Below, piece after piece: positions 1 through 11,952 of a stretch of DNA of 64,000 bases; position 1 is the first letter of the stretch, and each line of letters starts with the position of its first letter. The translations under genes and the position numbers were made by a program. The stretch is from Mustelus asterias. Lineage: Eukaryota. Location: NCBI RefSeq assembly GCF_964213995.1, contig NW_027590119.1:2480001-2544000 (forward strand), in the 5' to 3' direction. The notes under the pieces were generated by a model that was given only the letters and a program-made list of their open reading frames with translations, did no database searches and had not been told where the DNA came from.

Positions 1-301
1 CTTGACTAAAACCTTTAAACCCTACGGGGTGCTAACAGTGTGGACGTTGAGCGGATATTTCCTCTTGTGCAGTATTGTAGTGTACTGGATATGTCTCAGA
101 GTGTATATATCTGGGCTCTTGGTTCTGCGCCTGTTTCCAATGCTGTTGTACTGTCCACGGGAGGCCGCTCTCTGATAACTTACCGAACAACGTGGCCTCC
201 TTTTGCAGAAAGTGACTATTTGCCAATATGAAAATGGGCGGAGAATGGGCGGGATAGGGCCTGGGCGGGATTGTGGTCGGTGCAAACCCGATGGGCCGAA
301 T

Positions 302-459
302 CCAAAAGAGAAAACGCTGGAAAATCTCAACTTTGACAAAGGGTCATCTGGACTTGAAACGTGAGCGCTTTTCTCAGATGCCGCCAGACCTGCTGAGATT
401 TTCCAGAATTTTCTCTTTTGGTTTCAGATTCCAATGTCCGCAGTAATTTGCTTTTATCA
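302..459. mobile_element. Short fold-back element, probably a Penelope-like terminal fragment, inserted in a CR1 3' tail
   Basis: Inverted repeat ccaaaagagaaaacgctggaaaatctca ... tgagattttccagaattttctcttttgg; exact 11-bp TSD atgggccgaat at 291-301 and 460-470; same family as 11758-11900. Confidence 0.7.
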
Positions 460-558
460 ATGGGCCGAATGGCCACCTTCTTCGCTGTAGGATTCTATGA
501 TTCCACGAAGTTAAATCATGAAGACTTCGCACGCCCTGAATGAGAAATGTCCAACAGT

Positions 559-613
559 GTTTTTGCCCGGTTTCGATATGGGGATCTTTTGCATGTGATG
601 CGAACGTGATAAC
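559..613 (-). pseudogene. tRNA-Val(CAC) pseudogene interrupted by a CR1 insertion (unit resumes at ~2170)
   Basis: Plus strand gtttttgcccggtttcgat...gcatgtgatgcgaacgtgataac matches the reverse complement of vertebrate tRNA-Val and runs directly into a CR1 tail. Confidence 0.8.
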
Positions 614-2168
614 ATAGAACATAGAACATAGAACATTACAGCGCAGTACAGGCCCTTCGGCCCTCGATGTTGCGCCGACCAGTGGGACCAATCTAAAGCC
701 CCTCTAATCTACACTATTCCAATATCATCCATATGTTTATCCAATAACCACTTGAACGCTCTCAACGTTGACGAGTCCACCACTGCTGCAGGCAGGGCAT
801 TCCACGCCCTTACTACTCTCTGAGTAAAGAACCTACCTCTAACATCTGTCCTATATCTCTCACCCCTCAATTTAAAGCTATGTCCCCTCGTGCTAGCCAA
901 CACCATCCGAGGAAAAAGGCTCTCACTATCCACCCTATCTAATCGTCTGATCATCTTGTGTGCCTCTATTAAGTCACCTCTTAACCTTCTTCTCTCGAAC
1001 GAAAACAACCTCAAGCCCCTCAGCCTTTCCTCATACGATATTCCCACCATACCAGGCAACATCCTGGTAAATCTTCTCTGCACCTCCACATCTTTCCTAT
1101 AATACGGCGACCAGAACTGTACGCAATACTCCAAATGCGGCCGCACCAGAGTTTTGTACAGTTGCAGCATGACCTCTTGGCTCCGAAACTCAATCCCTCT
1201 ACCAATAAAAGCTAACACACCGGACACCTTCTTAACAACCCTATCAACCTGGGTGCCAACTTTCAGGGATCTATGCACGTGGACACCCAGATCCCTCTGT
1301 TCATCCACACTACCAAGTATCTTACCATTAGCCCAGTACTCTGTATTCATGTTACTCCTTCCAAAGTGAATCACCTCACACTTTTCCGCATTAAACTCCA
1401 TTTGCCATCTCTCAGCCCAGCTCTGCAGCTTATCTATGTCCCTCTGTAACCTGCCACTTCCCTCCGCACTGTCTACAACTCCACCGACTTTAGTGTCATC
1501 CGCAAATTTACTAAACCATCCTTCCACGCCCTCATCCAAGTCATTAATAAAAATGACCAGCAGCAGTGGCCCCAAAACAGATCCTTGCGGTACACCACTA
1601 GTAACAGAACTCCAGGATGAATATTTCCCATCAACCACCACCCTTTGCTTTCTTACAGCTAGCCAATTCCTGATCCAAACCACAAATCACCCTCAATCCC
1701 ATGTGTCCGTATTTTCTGCACAAACTTACCATGGGGAACCTTATCAAACGCTTTGCTGAGATCCATATACACCAAATCAACCGCTTTACCCTCATCCACC
1801 TCTTTGGTCACCTTCTCAAAGAACTCAATAAGGTTTGTGAGGCACGACCTACCCTTCACAAAACCGTGCTGACTATCCCTAATCAAATTATTCCTTTCTA
1901 GGTGATTATAAATCCTATCTCTTAGAATCCTTTCCAATACTTTGCCCACAACAGAAGTAAGGCTCACCAGTCTATAATTACCAGGGTTGTCCCTACTCCC
2001 CTTCTTGAACAAGGGGACAACATTTGCTATCCTCCAGTCTTCTGGCACTGTTCCTGTAGACAATGACGACACAAAGATCAAAGCCAAAGGCTCTGCAATC
2101 TCCTCTCGAGCCTCCCAGAGAATCCTAGGATAAATCCCATCCGGCCCAGTGGACTTATCTATTTTTAC
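611..2168 (-). mobile_element. CR1 LINE, 5'-truncated (RT and C-terminal region)
   Basis: ORFs 709-1683 and 1659-2324 contain [31 protein letters not shown] and NYRxVSLTSVVGK; (ATAGAAC)n tail at 611-634. Confidence 0.95.
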
Positions 2169-3064
2169 CGTGACATTACATGCAGAGCTGACAGCAGACA
2201 GCAGGTAATCGGCCTCTCTGCAATGTTCAACTGCGCTGCGCTGCTTCAGATGCCAATGGAGAGGCTGAGGGCCCATGTCACTTAATTCAAGAAGAAAACC
2301 GGTACTTTCAACCTGCTTTCTCAACTTACCTTGAACATCAAAATTTAAAAGCGTTTGTCTGGCAAATATCTAAGTGACCAATGATTTCTGCTCATTCATT
2401 AATGCATCATTCTCAACTTTCTTCGAATAATCTCGAACAATTATACTCAGTATTTGTTTCGTTAGTCAATATGTAATATCAATATATTATTTAACACATG
2501 TCCTCATTATCTTTCAAAGGAAGACATTGAAGTATCTTTTAATTATACTTGTGCCTTTTTTATTATGGGTGTGAAATATTCAGGCGCATAACTTCCGTCC
2601 ATCTATTGGAAAGTCCAGTAGATCCGCAGTGAATCTCGATTTCCTCATCTGTCTGAGATTTGTTTTCGATTTCTACGTTATGAAGAAGTATTTTATAAAA
2701 TAGATTCTTCTGGGAAATGTGCGCCACTCCCTCTACTTCACTTACAGTATCACTTTTGTCTGTCCTTTTGAGCCGAAACTACTGTTGGACATGTTTCAGG
2801 TGACTATGTTAATCTGCACCTATAAACCCTTTTATTCTGTTGTAACTTGAACGAGATGCTAATGTGTGCACGTTGTCAAAATGGAAAAGTTTCTTTCTTG
2901 TCAGTGCGTCAAAAATATTCTGCATTTCTTATTTTACAGACAGCATTTGAGGGCGAAATCTGAGCAAAGATAATATGGCTGCAACATCAAGATACGGATA
3001 ATGTTCAGCAACAAACTGAAATCATACAAATTTCCCTCACCCGACAGAAAAAATCTCAAAGGAT

Positions 3065-3136
3065 GTGTCCGCTCGTTTTCGAACCGGGTACAGATGACGT
3101 GCTCAGCGAACACATTAACCACTACATTACCGAAAC
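3065..3136 (-). pseudogene. tRNA-Val pseudogene (degenerate anticodon arm)
   Basis: Minus strand GTTTCGGTAATGTAGTGGTTAATGTGTTCGCTGAGCACGTCATCTGTACCCGGTTCGAAAACGAGCGGACAC; A and B boxes recognisable, stems broken. Confidence 0.8.
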
Positions 3137-4110
3137 AAGTGACAGCATAGCACCGCCAACTGGCCTGATTACAACGTTCAACTCCACTGTGTTGCTGCAA
3201 GTTCCAATGGTTAGATTGAGAGACCATCTCAACTTATCCTGTACTTCATAATTAAAAACAGTTCGTCCAGCAAATGTCTAAGGGAGCAATGATTTCTGCT
3301 CAATCATCAATGCACCATTCTCCTCTTCGGTCGAATAATTTCAACCTGTTATCTCCAGTATTCGTTCGTTATTCAACATTTAATATCAATACATTTATTT
3401 AACACAGGTGTCCCCATTCTGGATTGAACATCTCTGAAATATACAACGTTGAATTGCAAACACTGACTGACCAATATAAGAAATCAAGTCACTGGGTAAT
3501 ACAAATGCCATGATGCTTATATGAGATTGGCCACAATCATCTTTTAAATGAAATCAAATATCTTTACAGGGAAGAGATTTAAGAATGATCTGTTAGTTAT
3601 ACTTGAAGCCTCTTTATTATGTGTGTGAAACATCCTGGCCCCTAAATCTCGTTCATCTATTGGAAGTTCAGCAGGTCCGTACTGATTCGCGATGTCCTCA
3701 TCTGCCTGAGTGGTTTTTCCTATTTATTTGTTATGGCGAACTATTGTTTTTCAAGATTCTTCTGAGAAATGTGCGCCATTTCCTCTAGTTCAGTTCCCGT
3801 GTCACTTGTGTCTGTCTTGTTGCGCACACACTACTATTAGGCACATTTCAGATGGTGATTAGCTATTTTAGTCTACACCTTTCAACTCATTAAATTCTGT
3901 TGTACACTGAACGAGATGCTAATTTGTGAACGTTGTCAAAACAAAAACGTTTCGTTCCCGTCAGTACCTGAGAAAATACTGCATTTCTTATTTTACAGAA
4001 AGCATTTGAGGTGGAGTTCAGAGCACAGATTAAAAAGGCTGTAACACTGAGATTCGTATAATGTCGTATAACAGAATTCACTCACCCTACATGGGAAAGA
4101 TTAACGAATG

Positions 4111-4182
4111 CTTTCTGCCCGGTGTCAAACCAGGAACCTTTCGCGTGTGAGGCGAACGTGATAACTACTACACTACAGAAAC
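4111..4182 (-). tRNA. trnaV-CAC: tRNA-Val(CAC), probably non-functional
   Basis: Minus strand GTTTCTGTAGTGTAGTAGTTATCACGTTCGCCTCACACGCGAAAGGTTCCTGGTTTGACACCGGGCAGAAAG; intact anticodon arm TTCGC-CTCACAC-GCGAA, but D-loop GG changed to AG and T-loop TTCGAAA to TTTGACA. Confidence 0.8.
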
Positions 4183-4746
4183 AACTGACACCGCTGTCTC
4201 GCCAATTGGCCTAACTACAATGTTCAACTCCACTGTTTTGCAGCAGGTTCCAATGGTTAGACTGAGAGCCCATGTCACTAAAGGAAAGAACACATCCGTG
4301 ACTGTCAACCTGATATCCCAACATATCTTGTACTTCATAATTAAAACAAGTTCATCCGGCAAATGTTTAAGGGAGCAATGATTTCTGCTTTATCATCAAT
4401 GCATCATGCTCATCTTCGGTCGAATAATTTCAACCAGTTGTAGCCAGTATTTGTTTGTTATTCAACATTTAATATCAATACGTTTATTAAACACATATGT
4501 CCACATTCTCAGTTGAATATCTCTGAAATATACAACATTCAATTGTAAACATGACTGACCAACAAAAGAAATCGAGTCACTGGGTAATACACATGCCATG
4601 GTGCTTCTTTGAGAAAGACTACAATCGTCTTTTCGACGAAATCAAGTATCTTTCAAGGCAAGAGATTTGAGGACGATCTGTTGGTTATACTTGATCCTCT
4701 TTATTCTGTGTCTGAAATATTCTGGCGCCTAAATCTCGTTCATCTA

Positions 4747-5500
4747 AGAACATAAGAACTATGTTAGAAGAACTAGGAGCAGGAGAAGGCCATTTGGCCC
4801 CTCGAGCCTGCTCCGCCATTCAATAAGATCATGGCTGATCTTTTCATGGACTCAACTCCACCTACCGCTCCGCTGACCATAACCCTTAATTCGTTTGCTG
4901 TTCAAAAATATATCTATCCTTGCCTTAAAAACATTCAATAAGGTAGCCTCAACTGATTCACTGGGCAGGGAATTCCACAGATTCACAACCCTTTGTGTGA
5001 AGAAGTTCCTCCTCATTCCTAAATCTGTTTCCCCTTATTTTGAGGCTATGCCCCCTAGTTCTAGTTTCAACTGCCAGTGGAAACAACTTCACTTCCCTGC
5101 TTCTATTTTATTTATTTCCTTCATAATCTTACGTGTTTCCATAAGATTTCCCCTCATTCTTCTGAACTCCAATGAGTATAGCCCCAGTCTACTCTGTCTC
5201 TCCTCATAAGCCAACCCTCTCAACTCCGGAATCAACCTAGTGAATCTCCTCTGCACCCCCTCCAGTGCCAGTATATCCTTTCTCAAGTAAGGAGACCAAA
5301 ACTGTACACAGTACTCTAGGTGTGGCCTCACCAGCACCTTATACAGGTGCAACATAACTTCGCTGTTTTTAAACTCCAACCTCTAGCAATGAAGGACAAA
5401 ATTCCATTTGCCTTCTTAATTACCTGCTGCACCTGCAAACCAACTCTTTGAGATTCTTGCACAAGGATATCCAAATCCCTCTGCACAGCAGTATGCTGCA
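4747..5500 (-). mobile_element. CR1 LINE 3' fragment inserted in a tRNA repeat unit
   Basis: ORF 5089-5379 (LVRPHLEYCVQFWSPYLRKD); (AAGAACAT)n tail; the flanks rejoin as ctcgttcatct-ttggaagtcc of the repeat unit. Confidence 0.93.
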
Positions 5501-5946
5501 ATCTGTTGGAAGTCCAGAAGGTCCGCACTGATTCTCGATTTCCTCATTTGCCTGAGTAGTTTTTCCTCCTTCTTCATCCTGTGGAAAAAAATCAAAAAGA
5601 TGCTTGAGGGAAATGTGTGCCATTTCCTCTAGTTCAGTTCCAGTGTCAATTATGTCTGTTTTTGCGCACACTATATTATTAGGGATGTTTCAGATGGTGA
5701 TTAACTATGTTAGTCTGCACCTCTCGACCCATTAACTTCTGCAGTGCACTGAACGAGATGCTAATGGAAAAGTTCCTTTCCTGTCAGTGCGTCAAAACAT
5801 TCAGCATTTCTTATTTTGCAGAAAACAATTGAGGTCGAGTTCAGAGCAAAGATAATATGGCTGTAATATCGAGATTCGGATAATGTTGAGCAACCAGTTA
5901 AAATCATGCATATTTCCCTCACCCTGCATGAGAAAGTTTAACGAAT

Positions 5947-6017
5947 GTTTTGCTCAGTTCCGGAGCGGGGACATTTCGTGTGTTAGGCGAACGTGATGAT
6001 CATGACACTACAGAAAC
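5947..6017 (-). pseudogene. tRNA-Val(AAC) pseudogene
   Basis: Minus-strand anticodon arm TTCGC-CTAACAC-ACGAA; 5' end GTTTCTGTAGTG; degenerate B box. Confidence 0.8.
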
Positions 6018-7027
6018 ACGTGATAGCGTATCGTGCCCAGTTTGCCTGACGACAATGTTCAACTCCACTGTGATGCTGCAGTTTCTAATGGTTAGATTGA
6101 GAGCCCAGATCACTTAATCCAAGAACACATCCACTAATTTCAACCTGAGTTTTCAATTTATCTTGAACTTCAAAATTAAAAAGCGTTGTCTAAGGGAGCA
6201 ATTACTTTTTCGCATTCATTAAATCATCATTGTCATCTTTGTTCGAATAATCGCAACAAAGTGTGCTCGGTATTTGTTTCGTTGTTCAATATTAAATATC
6301 AACACATTATTTATGTCCTCATTATGAATTGAATATCTCTTAAATTGAATATCACTGAATTGCAATCATAACTGACTAACAAAAAGGATTCGAAACACCG
6401 GGTAATACAGATCGCGTGGTGCTTACTTGAGATTGACCAAAGACAGCTTTTAACCAATTCAACTCTTATTAAAAGGAAGAGATTGAAGAATTATCTGTTA
6501 GTGATATTTGAGCCTTTTCTTATTATGGGTGTCAAACATTCAGGCGAATAAATTCTGGCCACCGATAGGAAAGTCCAGTAGATCCGCACTGAGTCTCGAT
6601 TTCCTCGTCTATCTAGGTGGTTTTTCATTTTTATTTGATATGAGGAACGAGTTTTTAAAAAGATTCTTCTGGAAAATGTGCGCCATTTTCTCTAGTTCCG
6701 ATACAGCATCACTCGTGTCTGCATTTTTGGGTACACACTACCATTGGAGATGTTTCAGGTAGAGATCAACGATGTTAATCTGCACCGACAACCCCATTAA
6801 ATTCTGTTGTCGACGGAACGAGGTGCCGATATGTGCACGTTGTCAAAATAGGAGCGCTTCTTGCCTGTCAGTGCGTCAAAAAGAAACCAGCAGTTCTGAT
6901 TTTGCAGGCCGAGGCCGAGGTCAGAGAAAAGATAAAATGGTTGTAACATCGAGATTCGGATCACGTTCAGCAACAAGCTGAAATCACTCAGATTTCCCTC
7001 ACCCTGCATGAGGAAGATTAAAAAAAT

Positions 7028-7353
7028 GTTTCTGCCTGGTTTTGAAGCGGAGACATTTTGCCCTCTTTTTAGGTCAAACCAAATAAACAAACTCAGATTA
7101 AGTCGGGACAAAGTAAAAGGGGCAGCTCCCCAAAAGGAGGGGGAACAGCCCGAACAGAAATCAAAGTACAAAGGAAACTTAAAAACATCAAATTAAAATG
7201 TGATTATTAGGGTCGATAACGCACCCCAAACCCTGCGGTGCCCAACGGGCGCGGAAGGCGTCAACCGCGCCCGTGGACACTGCATGCTCCCTCTCCAGGG
7301 ACACCCGGCCGCGCGGAGACATTTTGCGTGTTAGGCGACCTCACGACAGGAAC
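7028..7353 (-). pseudogene. tRNA-Val(AAC) pseudogene split by a Tx1-type insertion
   Basis: 3' half at 7028-7061; anticodon (CTAACAC) and partly deleted 5' half at 7313-7353; oligo-T terminator (plus-strand A-run 7020-7026) just downstream. Confidence 0.85.
7062..7312 (-). mobile_element. 5'-truncated Tx1-clade (L1 group) non-LTR retrotransposon, 3' end
   Basis: Exact 15-bp TSD gcggagacattttgc at 7047-7061 and 7313-7327; minus strand reads GRVSLEREHAVSTGAVDAFRARWAPQGLGCVIDPNNHILI* (stop 7188-7190), resembling Tx1 ORF2 C-termini; T-rich 3' UTR ending AAAAAGAGG. Confidence 0.8.
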
Positions 7354-8380
7354 AAGTGACAGTGTTGCGTCGCCAATTGACCTGACTAAAATGTTCACAT
7401 GTACTGTATTGCTGCCAGTTCCAATGGTTAGATTGAGAGCCCATGACAATAAAGACAAGAACACATCCGTCACTTTCAACCTGATATCTCAACTTATCTT
7501 GCACTTCATTATTAAGAAGAGTTAGTCCGGCAAATGTCTCAGGGAGAAATAATTTCTCCTCAATTATTAATGCAGCATTCTCATCTTCCATCGAATAATT
7601 TCAACCAGTTATATCCAGTATTAGTTCGTTATTCAACATTTAACATCAGTACATTTATTTTTACACAGATGTCCTCATTCTGAATTGAGTATCTCTGAAA
7701 TATAAAACATTGAATTGCAAACATGACTGACTAACAAAAGAAATCGAGTCACTGGGTAATACACATCGCATGGTGCTTATTTGAGATTGACGACAATCAT
7801 CTTTTAAACGAAATCAAACATCTTTCAAGGGATCAGATTTAAGAATGATCTGTTAGTTATACTTGATCCGTCTTTATTCTGTGTGTGAAATATTCTGGCA
7901 CCTAAATCTCGTTCATTATTTGAAGTCCAGCAGCTCCGCACTGATTCGCAATTTCATAATCTGCCTGAGTGGTTTTTGCTCTTCCTTTATCATGAGGAAC
8001 AATTTTAAAAAGATGCTTCTGGGAAATGTGCGCCATTTCCTCTAGTTCTGTCACAGTGTCACTTGCGTCTGTCTTTTTGCGCAAACAATACCATTCGGCA
8101 CGTTTCAGATGCTGATTAACTATGTTCGCCCGCACCTTTCAACCCATTGAATTCTGTTGTCCACTGAAAGGAATGCTAATTTTTGCACATTGTCAAAATA
8201 GAAACGTTTCTTTCCTGTCGGTGCGTCAAAACATTCTGCATTCCTTATTTTAGAGAAAGCATTTGAGGTCGAGTTCAGAGCAAAGATAATATGGCTGCAA
8301 CATCGAGATTCGTATAATGCTGTGCAACCAACTGAAACCATACACATTTCCCTCACTCCACATGAGAAAGTTGAATGAAC

Positions 8381-8452
8381 GTTTCTGCGTGGTTTTGATC
8401 TCAGAATCTTTTGCGCGTTCGGCGCACTTGATAACCACTACACTACAGAAAC
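8381..8452 (-). pseudogene. tRNA-Val(AAC-derived) pseudogene
   Basis: 5' GTTTCTGTAGTGTAGTGGTTATCA intact; anticodon loop CGAACGC and T arm degenerate. Confidence 0.8.
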
Positions 8453-9452
8453 AAGTGACAGCCCTACACCCCCAATTTGCCCGACTACAATCTTCATCTT
8501 CACTGTGCTGCTGTTGGCTCTCATGGTTAGATTGAAAGCCCATGTCATTTAATCCAAGAACACGGCCGGTACTTTCAACCTGATTTCTCTAATTATCTTG
8601 AACTTCAAAATTAAAACACGTTCTTCCGGCAAATTCTAAAGGAGCAAAGATTTCTCCTCATTCATTAAATCATCATTGTCATCTTCCTTCGAATAATCTC
8701 AACCAATTGTGCTCAGTACTTGTGTCGTTATTCAATATTAAATATCAATCCAATTTTAACACATGTCCTCATTATGAATTGATTATCTCTGAAATTGCAT
8801 ATCGCTGAATTACAAACTTAACTGACCAACAAAAGGAATCGAGTCATCGGGTAATACAGATCCCATGGTACTGATTTGAGATTGACCACAGACAGCTTTT
8901 AAACGAAGTCAAATATTTTTAAAAGGAAAGATTGAAGAATTAACTGTTAGTGTTACTTGTGCCTTTTTTATCATGGGGTGTGAAACATTCAGGCGCATAA
9001 ATTCCGGCCATCTATAGGAAAGTCCACCAGATCCGCACTGAATCTCGATTCCCTCATCTGTCAGTGTGGCTTTTCCTTTTTTTGATATGAGGAACGATTT
9101 TTAAAAAGATTATGTTGGGAAATGTGCACCATTTCCTCCAGTTCAGTTATTTTGATTCCATACCATTAGATATGTTTCAGATGGAGATTAACGATGTTAG
9201 TTTGCACGTATAACCTCATTAAATTCTGTTGCAGACTGAACGATGTGCCAGTATGTGCACGTTGTCAAAATAGAAACGCTTCCTTCCTGTCAGTGCGTCA
9301 AAAAGAAACCAGAATTTCTGATTTTGCAGAAAGCCTTTGAGGCCGAGGCCAGAGGAAAGTTAAAATGCTGTAACATCGAGGTGCAGATAATGTTCACAAC
9401 AAGCTGAAATCATACAGATTTCCCTCACCCTACATGACGAAGAATAAAAAAT

Positions 9453-9523
9453 GTTTTAGCTTGGTTTTGAACCGGGGCCTGTCGCGTCTTAGGCGAATGT
9501 GATAACGACTACACTACAGAAAC
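9453..9523 (-). pseudogene. tRNA-Val-derived copy with AAG anticodon (probable pseudogene)
   Basis: Minus-strand arm TTCGC-CTAAGAC-GCGAC; T-loop GGTTCAAAACC; oligo-T terminator at 9446-9451. Confidence 0.75.
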
Positions 9524-11418
9524 AAATAACATAATCGCATCAATTGACCTGACTACAATGTTCAACTCCACTGTGTTGCTGTCAGTTCCAATGGTTAAAT
9601 TGAGAGCCCATGACACTAAACAGAATAACACATCCGTCACTTTCAACCTGGTATCTCAACTTATCTTGCATTTCATAATTAAAAAGAGTTCATCCGACAA
9701 ATGTCAAAGACAACAATGATTTCTGCTCAATCATTCATGCATCATTCTCAGCTTCCTTCGAATAAGTTCAACCAGTTATATCCAATATGTGTTCGTTATT
9801 CAACTTTTAACATCGGTACATTTATTGAACACAGATGTCCTCATTCGGAATTGAATATCTCTTAAATATACAACATTGAATTGCAAACATGACTGACCAA
9901 CAAAAGAAATGGAGTCACTGGGTAATACACATGCTTATACGAGATTGACCACAAACATCTTGTAAACGAAATCAAATATCTTTCAAGGGAAGAGATTGAA
10001 GACTAATCTGTTAGTTATACTTGATCCCTCTTTATTTTGTGTCCGAAACATTTTGGCGCCTAAATCTCGTTCCTCTATTGGAAGTCGAGCAGGTCCGCAC
10101 TGATTCATGATTTCCTCATCTGTCTGAATGGTGTTTGCTCTTTCTTTATCATGAGGAACAATTTTTTAAAAGATGCTTCTGGGAAATGTGCGCCATTTCC
10201 TCTAGTTCTGTTACAGTGTCACTTACGCCTGTATTTTTGTGCAAACAATACCATTCGGCATGTTTCAGATGTTGATTAACTATGTTCGTCCGCAACTTTC
10301 AACACACTCAATTCTGTTGTATACTGAAAGAAATGCTAATTTTGGCACATTGTCAAAATAGAAACGTTTCTTTCCTGCCGGTGCGTCAAAACATTCCGCA
10401 TTCCTTATTTTAGAGAAAGCATTTGAGGTCGAGGTCAGAGCAAAGATGATATGGATGTAACGTCGAAATTCATATAATGTTCAGCAACCGACTGAAACAA
10501 TCTAAGAACACATCCGTACTTTCAAGCTGATTTCTCAATTTATCTTGAACTTCAACATAATATAGCGTCGTCCGGCAAATGTCTCAAGCAGTGATGATTT
10601 TTCCTCATTTATTAAATCATCATTGTCATCTTGCTTCGAATAATTTCAACCAATTGTGCTCAGTGTTTGTTTCCTTATTCAATAGCTAATATCAATACAT
10701 TATTTAACACATATGTCCTCATTATGAATTTAGTATCTCTGAAATTGAATATCACTGAATTGCAAACGTAACTGATCAACAAAAGCAGTCGAGTCACCGG
10801 GTAATACAGATCCCATGAATGCTTATTTGGGATTGACAATAGTCAGCCTTCAAACAACGTCAACTATAATTAAATGGAAGAGATTTTACAATTATCTGTT
10901 AGTTTTGCTTGAGCCTTTTTCATTATGGGTGTGAAACCGTCAGGCGCATAAATTCCGGCCATCTATTGGAAAGTCCAGTAGTTCCGCAGTGAGGCTCGAT
11001 TTCCTCATCTGTCTGAGTGTTTTTTTCCCTCTTTCTTTGTTGTGAAGAACGATTTTTAAAAAAGATTCTTCTGGGAGATGTGCGCAATTTCCAATAGTTC
11101 ACTTACAGTATCACCTGTATCTGTCTTTTTTGACATACAATATCAGGCATGTTTCAGATGGTAATTAACTATGTTAGTCTGCACGTCTCAACCCATTAAA
11201 TTATTTTCTGGACGGAACGAGTTGCGAATATGTGGACAAACAACAGAGAGGTTTCTTTCCTGTGGCCGAAAACACTGCATTTCTGATTTTCCGAAACGCA
11301 TTTGACGCCGAGGTCAAAGTTAACATAACATGAACGTAACATCGGATTCTCATGATGTTGAACAATGAACTTAGATCATGCAGACTTCGCTCAGGCTTGA
11401 TGAGAAAGATCCAACAGT

Positions 11419-11490
11419 GTTTCTGCCCGGTTTCGGACCAGGCAGCTTCCGCGTGTGAGGCGAACGTGGTAACCACTACATTACAGAAAC
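11419..11490 (-). tRNA. trnaV-CAC: tRNA-Val(CAC), best-preserved copy but with a T-loop substitution
   Basis: Minus strand GTTTCTGTAATGTAGTGGTTACCACGTTCGCCTCACACGCGGAAGCTGCCTGGTCCGAAACCGGGCAGAAAC; acceptor stem GTTTCTG/CAGAAAC perfect; B box GGTCCGA instead of GGTTCGA. Confidence 0.8.
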
Positions 11491-11757
11491 AACTCACAGC
11501 CGACCACAGCAACTCAGCCTGTCTGCAATGTTCAACTGCGCTTTGTTGCTGCAGGTTCCAATGGTTGGACTGAGAGCCCTTGTCGCTTAATTCAGGAAGA
11601 TAACCATTAGTTTCAATCTGATTATTCAACTTATCCTGAACTTCAAACTTTAAAAGCGTTCGTCTGGCAAATATCTAAGGGAACAATGATTTCTGCTTAT
11701 TCATTATTGCATCATTCTCATCTTCCTTCCAATAATCTCAACCAATTGTAGTCAGTA

Positions 11758-11900
11758 AGAGAAACAAATTACTGCGGATGATGGAATCGGATACCAAAAG
11801 AGAAAATGCAAGAAAGCCTCATAAGTTTTGGCACCATCTGTGAGGAGAGAAAAGGGCTGACGTTTCGAGTCCAGATGACAGTTTGTCAAAGCGCATTGTA
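11758..11900 (-). mobile_element. Short Penelope-like terminal fragment (family of 302-459)
   Basis: Reverse complement of the 302-459 element; 15-bp TSD caattgta(g/c)tcagta at 11743-11757 and 11901-11915. Confidence 0.7.
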
Positions 11901-11952
11901 CAATTGTACTCAGTATTTGTTTGAATAATTAATATCAATGCATTATTGAACA

